From positions 37,962,728 through 38,026,727 of the forward strand of contig NC_081370.1 in assembly GCF_030684315.1 (NCBI RefSeq): a DNA stretch of 64,000 bases, written 5' to 3'. Of this stretch, positions 42,331 through 52,183 are shown piece by piece. The translations under genes and the position numbers were made by a program. How positions within the stretch are numbered: position 1 is the stretch's first letter; each line of letters begins with the position of its first letter. The stretch comes from Stegostoma tigrinum (taxonomy: Eukaryota). The notes under the pieces are model-generated. The model ran no database searches. It saw nothing but the letters and a program-made list of their open reading frames with translations, and was not told the origin of the DNA.

Positions 42331-43490
42331 GACGCTAATTGAACTGGTCCACGGTTAGCTGTTCTTCATCTTTTTTCAAGAGTGAAACATTGGAATGGAA
42401 TTGAATTAGTTTTGTTGTCACATGTACTCAAATGAGTAGAATAAAAAGTTTTAGTCTGCACGTTACAGAGCAATCTTAGGTAGAAAATTATCTAGGTAAA
42501 GATACTTTAGATCAAAGTTTTCTAATTCTCTAGGACATTTCCATGATCTAAAGATTTTTAGAAAATTACTACTAGTGCACCTACCAGCTCTGTAGCTACT
42601 TCTTTTAAAACCTTAGGATGTGAACCATCAGGTCCAGGAAACTTATTGGTTTTTAGCCCCATTAATTTCCCCCAAGTAAGTTTTCTCTTGCAATAGTCAT
42701 CATGTTTCTTTCCTCCCCCACTTTAGTTCCTTCATTATTTAGAATTTTTGGAATACTATTCTTGACTTCTGAAGTGAAGACCGATGCAAAATATTTATTC
42801 AACTCACCAGCCATTTCCTAGTTCCCCATTATTATTTCTTCAGTCTCATCCTCTAAAGGGCCTTGCAAATTTAGCTTCTGATCCAAGTTTCTCCCTCTCA
42901 AATTAAATTCAACCATGCTACGGCCACTACTTCGGAACAGACTTTTTACTCATTTCAGTTAATCAGACCATCTTACTACATCATGCCAGATCCAAAATAG
43001 CCTGATCCCTGGTTGAATCCACATTATTCTAGAAAACTGTCCCAAATATACTATGAAATCTTCCATGTGACTACTTCTGTCAATGTGGTTTTCCCAATGC
43101 ACATGAAAATTAAGGACACCATTTGATTAATTCACTCGATTTTTGCCCCCCTGCCCAAGATGTCATGATAGTATTTAGAAGATTAGCAGGGAAGTGCTCA
43201 GCAACTCTTTGGTAGATATTTGTTCAAACAACAGCATTAAAATTGTAGCAGTGCTGCATATAGAAGAATGCTGTGTGCATATTAACTACTGCATTCAGTG
43301 CCACTGTATTACTACTACTACTACTAATAATAATAATATTTCATTGTCTGTAAAGTATTTTTGGAGATCCAAAAGTTGTGAAAAAGACTGTATAGTGAAT
43401 ATCTGTCTCTTTTCAATAATAATGTATCCAGTACAATATTTTTAAAAACCAACACCCATGCACCATAGATCAAAAAATAGCTTTCCTCAC

Positions 43491-43598
43491 CTGGTAGGTG
43501 TGGGTACTACTCTCTTTAACTAGGTCACTATCCAAAAGGCATTTCCACAGACGACCACGTAGTTTGATGGGAACACCATCTTCAAGCAAGATATGCAT
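43491..43598 (-). CDS. TBC gene exon 3 (MHILLEDGVPIKLRGRLWKCLLDSDLVKESSTHTYQ)
   Basis: TTTTTCAG acceptor and CAG|GTGAGG donor. Contains TBC motif A (G-V-P-x-x-L-R-G-x-L-W). 108 nt, phase 0 to 0. Absent from the ORF track. Confidence 0.93.
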
Positions 43599-44044
43599 CT
43601 GAAAAAGGTTTCAGTTAAAAACAACTGAACACACTACAAAATGATCATGAAGTAGAATACACAAGGAGTGAATTATTTTGCACATTAACAGAGACAGCTT
43701 TTCAAAAAGACTGAACTTTTTGTTAATGGATGAGGATCAGTTTTCCCCTCTCTAATACAGAACAAAGTTGGATCCAGATTACTTGGTAATCCTTATCACT
43801 GTTTAAATATCAAGAATGTCCAGATGTATGTCTTAATAAACTGTAGACCAGGAGCTCATATCGCATTTGAGCAGTTTTTTAAAAAAAATGTTTGAAAACA
43901 CTAAGGTGGGATTGCTAAGTGACATTTATTTGGTTGGATCACATAAAAGAAAAAAAAATCATCAAGTTCACTGTAGCTTTTTAGTGAGGAAACCACCTTA
44001 CTCAGTCTGCACCCAGTGTGACTCCAGACCACACTAATGTTATC

Positions 44045-44280
44045 ATCGTTAGCAACTCCTTTGTCTGTCCAACTGTTGTTCTCTCTCTTTAGGCTCTATC
44101 CTATCATTTTCTCCCTACCCCACTCTCCCTCCCTATTCTTTGCATTTAAACTGATGTTTTCCCAGCCACAATCAGTTCTGAGGAAGGGTCACCAGACCCA
44201 AAATATTAACACTGATTTTTTCTTCACAGATGTTGCCAGACCCGCTGAGCTTTTCCAACAACTTTGTTCTGGTTCTACAA
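44045..44280 (+). mobile_element. PLE 3' terminus (family B) with a degenerate hammerhead
   Basis: CTGAGGAAGGGTCACCAGACCCAAAATATTAAC followed by CACAGATGTTGCCAGACCCGCTGAGCTTTTCC. Confidence 0.7.
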
Positions 44281-45468
44281 AAATGTGGCTTGCATCATAG
44301 AAAAGAAAAATGCTGAGGATAATGGAAACCTGAAATAAAAACAGTATGTGCTGGAATGAACCAAAGTAGAATCATACTGGAGTCAAATGTTAACTGTTTC
44401 TCAGTATATGGACTGGCCATGTTTCTCCAGCACGGGCTTGATCCTAAAACTATTAAAATGGCTTAGCAAGTCACCCTGTTGTACCAAAACTATACAAACC
44501 ACCCAGATTGCAGGGTACGTACACCTACCATCACCTTCTCAAAGACCATGGTGTTCACCCTCGTGCTGTGAATCCAATAACATGGTTATTATGATTTGTC
44601 AATAATTCCAATCTCTATCAATAAACCAAAGCAGACCCAAGGCATGAGGTGATGAAATCCCAAATGCTGGAGAGCTCTGAGAATAATAGATCAAAATTCA
44701 CCTGTTCCCTACATGTTCATTGCACTCTTGTATTGCATCATCACACTCTACCTCCCGTCCTAAAATATGATATACAATGAATCCATCTACTGTGCTTGTT
44801 ATTGAACCAGCACACTGACCTCTCATGTCTCCAGAGATCCCATCGAATACCCTTCACTCACTGAAAATTCTTCCCATAGATTAGTTTTGAATTTATCCCC
44901 TTCAAAACTCAGGCTGATGTCCTCTGGTTCTACTATTCCAGACAAAGTGAAACAATTCGTTGCGTTTCACTGCACAATATTTAGCATAAGTAATGCTGTG
45001 TCATATTGTCTGCTTTTGTGGTCATCATGCCTACACCATTGCTGCTTTGTGACCAACCACGAGAGAGCGATCAGTGCAGGGACTAGTCACCATCTAGTTT
45101 TGTCCACCCTTCTTGGGTTTTGGAATGACCTAGCCGCTGCCAGACCCTTGCCTGCTGACATGGCGAGAGATTAGAAATTTGCAGGCTGACAATACATGGG
45201 ATGAAGTCAATTGCTTCCATGTCATTATGTACACAATGAACTAGACCATTCAAAATGGATCTTCTTGAAAGGGACCGAGGAGCTGGCATTGAGACTATCC
45301 AATATCTTCAGGGGAAAAAAAAAAAGAGAAACAGTCTATAAATTCCCTCCTCGAAAAGGAGAGAGCACACAAGCATCTTTTAGCTTCTTTTTACAGGTCA
45401 GACAAGACCTGAGCTTCAATCACTGTCTCCATTTGGGAGATAATGGCGGTCAAGAAGGAACATGAACT

Positions 45469-45683
45469 GTGTGGAGCTGGATGAACACAGCAGGCCAAGC
45501 AGCATCTCAGGAGCACAAAAGCTGACGTTTCGGCCCTAGACCCCAAAACTCTCTCTGATGAAGGGTCTAGGGCCGAAACATCGGCTTTTGTGCTCCTGAG
45601 ATGCGGTTTGGCCTGCTGTGTTCATCCAGCTCCACACTTTGTTGTCTTGGTTTCTCCAGCATCTGCAGTTCCTATTATCACTC
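45469..45683. mobile_element. Fold-back mini-element made of two inverted PLE termini (family A)
   Basis: Arms 45469-45543 and about 45562-45637 are reverse complements. TSD AAGGAACATGAACT at 45455-68 and 45684-97. Confidence 0.9.
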
Positions 45684-45784
45684 AAGGAACATGAACTTCA
45701 CATTTATGACAAACATGCTTATAACTGGCTCACAACATTTTTTGAAAAAATGCACAGTTTTCTAGTTTACAATATTCACTTTAC

Positions 45785-45872
45785 CTTATCCATGCATGAT
45801 GCACCAGCCTCATTCCAATTGCTAAGCATTTTCTGCCATGATTCTAGCTTGGAAGAATCGACACTTGGGTAA
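45785..45872 (-). CDS. TBC gene exon 2 (YPSVDSSKLESWQKMLSNWNEAGASCMDK)
   Basis: CAG acceptor after a pyrimidine-rich tract, AAG|GTAAAG donor, and a W-x-K-M-L-x-x-W motif. 88 nt, phase 2 to 0. Confidence 0.9.
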
Positions 45873-46279
45873 CTGTGAACCGAGGTAAAAGATGTCAATC
45901 CGGAAGAACAGAGTGAGGGGGAGAAAAAGACAAAGACAGGCAGGGCTGACAGGATAGAAATGGAGAAGGGCACTAACAAAAGGGATTCATGAGGACAGAC
46001 TGAGAAAGAAGGTGGAGGAGTATGAGTTAAACAGAGATACAGGCAAAGAACAGAGGGAGAGAGACAGGGTGTGATTCAAAGGGGGAAATTTAAAAACAGT
46101 CAAGAAATGGAGAGAGAAGAGAAAACATGAGTGAATGTTTTGAATTAAAACAATATCTTTTACAACCTAAAGTTATCCCTAAGCACATTACAGCCAATTA
46201 AGTGAGCACAGTCACTGTTGTAACACAAGGAAACCAGGCAGCCAACTAATGAACCACAAACAGTCACAAAGAACAATGA

Positions 46280-48478
46280 TAATAAAATGTGGGGCTGGAT
46301 GAACACAGCAGGCCAAGCAGCATCTCAGGAGCACAAAAGCTGACGTTTCGGGCCTAGACCCTTCATCAGAGAGGGGGATGGGGGGAGGGAACTGGAATAA
46401 ATAGGGAGAGAGGGGGAGGTGGACCGAAGATGGAGAGTAAAGAAGATAGGTGGAGAGGGTGTAGGTGGGGAGGTAGGGAGGGGATAGGTCAGTCCAGGGA
46501 AGACGGACAGGTCAAGGAGGTGGGATGAGGTTAGTAGGTAGCTGGGGGTGCGGCTTGGGGTGGGAGGAAGGGATGGGTGAGAGGAAGAACCGGTTAGGGA
46601 GGCAGAGACAGGTTGGACTGGTTTTGGGATGCAGTGGGTGGGGGGGAAGAGCTGGGCTGGTTGTGTGGTGCAGTGGGGGGAGGGGATGAACTGGGCTGGT
46701 TTAGGGATGCAGTGGGGGAAGGGGAGATTTTGAAACTGGTGAAGTCCACATTGATACCATATGGCTGCAGGGTTCCCAGGCGGAATATGAGTTGCTGTTC
46801 CTGCAACCTTCGGGTGGCATCATTGTGGCAGTGCAGGAGGCCCATGATGGACATGTCATCAAGAGAATGGGAGGGGGAGTGGAAATGGTTTGCGACTGGG
46901 AGGTGCAGTTGTTGGTTACGAACTGAGCGGAGGTGTTCTGCAAAGCGGTCCCCAAGCCTCCGCTTGGTTTCCCCAATGTAGAGGAAGCCGCACCGGGTAC
47001 AGTGGATGCAGTATACCACATTGGCAGATGTGCAGGTGAACCTCTGCTTAATGTGGAATGTCATCTTGGGGCCTGGGATGGGGGTGAGGGAGGAGGTGTG
47101 GGGACAAGTGTAGCATTTCCTGCGGTTGCAGGGGAAGGTGCCGGGTATGGTGGGGTTGGAGGGCAGTGTGGAGCGAACAAGGGAGTCACGGAGAGAGTGG
47201 TCTCTCCGGAAAGCAGACAGGGGAGGGGATGGAAAAATGTCTTGGGTGGTGGGGTCGGATTGTAAATGGCGGAAGTGTCGGAGGATAATGCGTTGTATCC
47301 GGAGGTTGGTAGGGTGGTGTGTGAGAACGAGGGGGATCCTCTTGGGGCGGTTGTGGCGGGGGCGGGGTGTGAGGGATGTGTCGCGGGAGACGCGGTCAAG
47401 GGCGTTCTCAATCACCGTGGGGGGAAAGTTGCGGTCCTTAAAGAACTTGGACATCTGGGATGTGCGGGAGTGGAATGTCTTATCGTGGGAGCAGATGCGG
47501 CGGAGGCGGAGGAATTGGGAATAGGGGATGGAATTTTTGCAGGAGGGTGGGTGGGAGGAGGTGTATTCTAGGTAGCTGTGGGAGTCGGTGGGCTTGAAAT
47601 GGACATCAGTTACAAGCTGGTTGCCTGAGATGGAGACTGAGAGGTCCAGGAAGGTGAGGGATGTGCTGGAGATGGCCCAGGTGAACTGAAGGTTGGGGTG
47701 GAAGGTGTTGGTGAAGTGGATGAACTGTTCGAGCTCCTCTGGGGAGCAAGAGGCGGCGCCGATACAGTCATCAATGTACCGGAGGAAGAGGTGGGGTTTG
47801 GGGCCTGTGTAGGTGCGGAAGATGGACTGTTCCACGTAACCTACAAAGAGGCAGGCATAGCTGGGGCCCATGCGGGTGCCCATGGCCACCCCCTTAGTCT
47901 GTAGGAAGTGGGAGGAGTCAAAAGAGAAGTTGTTGAGTGTGAGGACGAGTTCCGCTAGGCGGATGAGAGTGTCGGTGGAGGGGGCCTGGTCGGGCCTGCG
48001 GGACAGGAAGAAGCGGAGGGCCTTGAGGCCATCTCCATGCGGAATGCAGGTGTACAGGGACTGGACGTCCATGGTGAATATGAGGTGTTGGGGGCCAGGG
48101 AATTGGAAGTCCTGGAGGAGGTGGAGGGCGTGGGTGGTGTCACGGACATAGGTGGCGAGTTCCTGGACCAAAGGGGAGAAAATGGAGTCCAGATAGGTGG
48201 AGATGAGTTCGGTGGGGCAGGAGCAGGCTGAGACGATGGGTCGACCGGGGCAGGCAGGTTTGTGGATTTTGGGAAGGAGATAGAAACGGGCCGTGCGGGG
48301 TTGGGGAACAATGAGGTTGGAGGCTGTGGGTGGGAGGTCCCCTGAGGTGATGAGGTCATGAATGGTGTTGGAGATGATGGTTTGGTGCTCGGGTGTGGGG
48401 TCATGATCGAGGAGGCGGTAGGAGGTGGTGTCGGAAAGTTGGCGTCTGGCCTCGGCGATGTAGAGGTCAGTACGCCAT
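46280..48478 (-). mobile_element. Penelope-like retroelement (Neptune-like), 5'-truncated, young
   Basis: Open RT (DVQSLY, KGVAMG, YIDD), Cys-rich linker (CNRRKCYTC) and GIY-YIG (VVYCIHC...YIGET), with a hammerhead-bearing 3' end. 14-bp TSD ACAAAGAACAATGA at 46266-79 and 48479-92. Confidence 0.95.
46338..46373 (-). ncRNA. Minimal hammerhead ribozyme motif, sense to the TBC pre-mRNA
   Basis: Reverse complement of CTGATGAAGGGTCTAGGCCCGAAACGTC at 46342-46369. Confidence 0.75.
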
Positions 48479-48480
48479 AC
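46594..48480 (-). CDS. PLE reverse transcriptase plus GIY-YIG endonuclease (N-terminally truncated; no stops or frameshifts)
   Basis: PLE-homologous part of the 733-aa ORF, starting at about VWRTDLYIAEARRQL. The upstream ~105 codons are flanking DNA beyond the TSD. Confidence 0.85.
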   Translation of the reverse strand, partial: VWRTDLYIAEARRQLSDTTSYRLLDHDPTPEHQTIISNTIHDLITSGDLPPTASNLIVPQPRTARFYLLPKIHKPACPGRPIVSACSCPTELISTYLDSIFSPLVQELATYVRDTTHALHLLQDFQFPGPQHLIFTMDVQSLYTCIPHGDGLKALRFFLSRRPDQAPSTDTLIRLAELVLTLNNFSFDSSHFLQTKGVAMGTRMGPSYACLFVGYVEQSIFRTYTGPKPHLFLRYIDDCIGAASCSPEELEQFIHFTNTFHPNLQFTWAISSTSLTFLDLSVSISGNQLVTDVHFKPTDSHSYLEYTSSHPPSCKNSIPYSQFLRLRRICSHDKTFHSRTSQMSKFFKDRNFPPTVIENALDRVSRDTSLTPRPRHNRPKRIPLVLTHHPTNLRIQRIILRHFRHLQSDPTTQDIFPSPPLSAFRRDHSLRDSLVRSTLPSNPTIPGTFPCNRRKCYTCPHTSSLTPIPGPKMTFHIKQRFTCTSANVVYCIHCTRCGFLYIGETKRRLGDRFAEHLRSVRNQQLHLPVANHFHSPSHSLDDMSIMGLLHCHNDATRRLQEQQLIFRLGTLQPYGINVDFTSFKISPSPTASLNQPSSSPPPTAPHNQPSSSPPPTASQNQSNLSLPP

Positions 48481-49745
48481 AAAGAACAATGACATACGTG
48501 AACAGATAACCAGATAGGATTTTCTGGCTCTTCTCCAAAGTGGCAACATGGAATCCACCCGACTGTGTGAGCAAGGCCTTAGTATCATCCACACAGCAGC
48601 CTCTCTCATATTGAATTTTAGCATTGAGGCTGGGAATATCAACCTGGATAATGCACTTGGTTTTTTGCAGTAGGAGCTTTTGGGTGTTTTGAAATTACTA
48701 CTATTAAACCATGATTGACATAGCAGGTGAAAATGGCCCCTGGTGTAGTGTAGAAACAAATGAATGATTGCCAACCCTTTTAACATTCTCACCAAATTTT
48801 CATTTTGAATTCAAAGTGAAAAATCTGGAAGATTGTAAAACAGAAAGCCAATGTGTTTTGTGTTGAAGAGAGAGAGAGAAAAATTATACCATTACGTTTA
48901 GATTTTTCACGAATTGTTCAAGAACGTACATCATTTTTGATTTTAATTCAAAGATTTTGCCAGCTACACTCTCGTTATAAAATCCCAGAGAGATTTAAAG
49001 TAGTAATGTCGACTAAACCTAATACCCTTAATTTTTGCACAGCAGATTGTAACGAGATTCTCAGAAATTTGCGAGAACTTGTCAATGGAAAGTGCTGTTC
49101 TGTCAATTACTGGGCCACATTTCGGGACACCAGGAAGAAAAGAACACAATTTAGCATCGCAAACCGGTCCGGCCATTCTGTGAGATCAAGGGCGATCTTT
49201 AACTTCACCCTTTCCTCATGTGTACTCCTTAAAAAGAAACTGAACAAAAAAAATCTATCAGTTTCAGTTTTAAAATTAAGACCTCTTTTGCTCCGTACTG
49301 AAGAGAATATCTGCTAGTCTTCGACTCTGGAAGCAGGAGCAGTTTCCGCTTCCATTTTCCAATGAAAGTAAAATTATTGGTGAGCAAATTTAGTGACCTG
49401 ATTTCAGAGCAAGGTTATATCGCGCAATAACTGCCAGCCAGATTGCAACCGCTCACACTATTTGCATTCTTTCCCTATAACGAAAACACTTCTACCACAA
49501 AGGGAAGTCACGAATGTAAAACACATTCAACAATTGCACCATTCGACAAATTACGACCGTGCCTTTTCGCGGTTGAGATTAGCAAACCGCACGGGTTTCT
49601 CGCTGGAACCCTGAATGAAACTGTCGAATACACTGCACAATAGTGACAGTTGCGGAACTGAGTAGCTGGTTGTGGACCAGCGACTCGGTCCAGTCCTCAA
49701 ACAACAATAAAGCCTACAGGGCATTCAGCTGCCAACATGATTCCC

Positions 49746-49781
49746 GGCTCTGATGAAGGGTCTAGGCCCGAAACGTCAGCT
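49746..49781 (+). ncRNA. Minimal hammerhead ribozyme motif
   Basis: Identical core at 49750-49777; helix I GGCU/AGCU. Confidence 0.75.
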
Positions 49782-49843
49782 TTTGTGCTCCTGAGATGCT
49801 GCTTGGCTTGCTGTGTTCATCCAGCTTCACACTTTATTATCTT
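49749..49843 (+). mobile_element. 95-bp solo PLE terminus beginning at the hammerhead core (family A)
   Basis: TSD TGATTCCCGGC at 49738-48 and 49844-54. Near-identical to 32191-32283. Confidence 0.92.
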
Positions 49844-49949
49844 TGATTCCCGGCAAGGAATCCGGCTTTCCTGCAACAGGTGCGCCTGTCCAGTCCCTCA
49901 GCCACAACCAATTGTTCCTGAACTGCAGTCTTGATTCATACGGTCACTG

Positions 49950-50420
49950 CAGGCGCTTTTATGTATAGCCGCTAAGTCAGTATAATTGATCGTAGAAGTG
50001 GGGCTTCGGGGTGTGGGTATTTAATGCGAGGATTGGGCAAGGGTCAGTGAGGGACAGACTTGCCTGTATTCGTGGCTGCGATGTTCCTGCTTCCACTTGT
50101 CGCAATTCCTCCGAAACACCGCGAAGCCAAACTGGTCGAAACCCAACACGCATGGCTTCTCGGTCGGGCGGCTGCTCATACTAGCCCGGGAGCTGGTTTC
50201 TCAGGGTTTCCAAGCTTTTTTCCCTGCCCCCAGCAGCGGCACCCAGCTTCACCTCTAGCCGCTGGTCCCCAGTCAAATCAAAAGCACTTTCGAATCTAGC
50301 GCCACTGCCCCTGCCACACCCCCACTCTCTCCGGATTGGACGGGACGCCTGTTTGACAGCGAGGTCCGACCAATAGAAACCGCTGACGGGTGGGACCAAA
50401 CTTCCACACAAACTGAGCCC
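49950..50420 (-). promoter_or_regulatory. CpG-island promoter of the TBC gene with CCAAT boxes and a CDE/CHR-like element
   Basis: CpG-rich. CCAAT at 50335-39 and 50370-74. Minus strand reads TGGCGC-TAGA-TTCGAA at 50304-50289. Confidence 0.7.
50064..50179 (-). CDS. TBC-domain Rab-GAP gene, coding exon 1 (MSSRPTEKPCVLGFDQFGFAVFRRNCDKWKQEHRSHEY-S)
   Basis: ATG lies in a CpG island. The D-x-F-G-F motif is typical of the segment upstream of TBC domains. The exon ends AG|GCAAGT (GC donor) in phase 2, matching exon 2. Confidence 0.85.
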
Positions 50421-51149
50421 TCTTGTTCCTCTGATCTCAGGAAGGAGGATGGAAATTAGCTTTCCAAAACATTTTCTTGCTTCCAATATCTCCCCCCTTT
50501 CTTTTCCAAAATTCTTCTGCTTGCCAAAAAACTTTTCCCCTTCAGTGTTCTCACTGCACGCTGTAGTCATGGAGCTATTCAGCTGCGAACGGTTGGCGAC
50601 AAAGAGACCAGTAAATCCATGCGCTCTTATGTATGATACCCCATATCCAGGTCTCAGCTAAGGTGAGCTGGCAGTTTTATCAATAGAGGTGATACACTTG
50701 ATATCAATATATTTTAAGCTCATATTTATCACTTGGTGCATTTCCACTGTAATGACATCACAATTACAAAGTAACATCACCACCGCTTTCTCTAATGTTA
50801 AGCTTCAAAAAAACATATTTCTTCAGATGCATGTTATCCAAATAAAATTATGGTTTTCTGTTTATAATTTAGATTGTGATTAACTTAAATGCATCTTGCT
50901 CCCCAATGACATGTGGAGATGCATGTAAGGGGGATGGAACTGCTTGTGATTTATCTGTGAAGTGGCACCTGCACGAATATGTATCTCCTTTCTGGATGCC
51001 ATATTTTCTCCAACATAGAACAACTATCGCTGCGAGCAATTTTAGCTGCCAAATTTTTAACAGCTGGTACTTTTGTTTTAATTGGTCTTTGGATTTGGAG
51101 ATTATTACTCAAAGTGGTTGCAACTGTAGAAGGGAGCCACTTCTTCTTA

Positions 51150-52173
51150 GAGTCATAAAGATTCACAGCATGGAAAGAGGCTCCCATGTCTGCAGCAGTC
51201 ATGAAGTATTGTATCTATCTAATCTAATTCCATTTTCTAGTCCTTGGCCTGTCGTCTTCTTTGTGAAGGCACTTCAAGTGATTATCTTATTTGATGCCTC
51301 CTACTCTGACCACTCCGTGAATTCCAGATACCCGCTACTCTCAATGAAATAATTCTTCCTTAATTCCACACTTTCCTTCCCACTCCTTTTATCTCAAATT
51401 TACATCCTGTACGTCTACAAAGCAAAAATCGTTCTTCCTATCTACCTTATGTCCCTCATAATTTTGTACACCTTAATGAGGAGCCCCGCAGCCTTCTCTG
51501 CTCCAAGGAAAACAACGACAACCTAGCTAGTGTCTCCTCATAAATGAAACACTGCAGCCCAGTGAATATCTTGGTGAATCTCCTCTGCACAATGCAATCA
51601 CATCCTTCCCACAGTATGGTGATTAGAACTGCATGCATTATTCCAATTGCGGCACAACTTACACTTTTCCCACACGTTGCCATTTGCCACAGTTCTGTCC
51701 ATCTGACCACCCCATCAACATCATCCTGTAGTCTAAGGTTTTCCTCCTCACCATTTAGCACACCACCAATTTTTATGTGATCTTCAAATTTATTGATCAA
51801 ATCTCCCATATTTGTGTCTGGATCATTAATACATACGACAAACAGCAGGGTACCCAGCATCAAACACTGTGGTACACCACTTGGCAGAGGCTTCTCCTCA
51901 CATAAACAACCTTCAACCATCATCTTTTGCCACATACTGAGCCAATTTTGGATTGAATTTTTAAAAACTGCCCTGGATCCCGTGGACTTCTTGGATCAGT
52001 CTCCCATGGGAGAGCCTTGGCAGAAGACTGACCGAAGTCCACAGAAATAACATCCACTGCACTACCCTCATCCAAACATCTAGTCATCTTCTCAAAAAAT
52101 TCAATCAAACCTGATAGACATGATCTTCCCCGAAAATCCATGCTGATTATTCTTCAATAATCTTGCCTCTCTC
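51150..52173 (-). mobile_element. CR1 LINE relic
   Basis: GRSCLSGLIEFFE, SGVPQCLMLGTLLFVVCIND and LSLFSLEQRRLRG. Confidence 0.8.
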
Positions 52174-52183
52174 AGTAAAAATT

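Noticed and set aside
46613-48231. Several plus-strand ORFs antisense to the PLE
   Set aside because: They are shadow ORFs of a GC-rich coding strand.
48481-48795. N-terminal ~105 aa of the 733-aa ORF as a genuine PLE domain
   Set aside because: It lies outside the 14-bp TSD, so it is host flank that happens to be open in frame.
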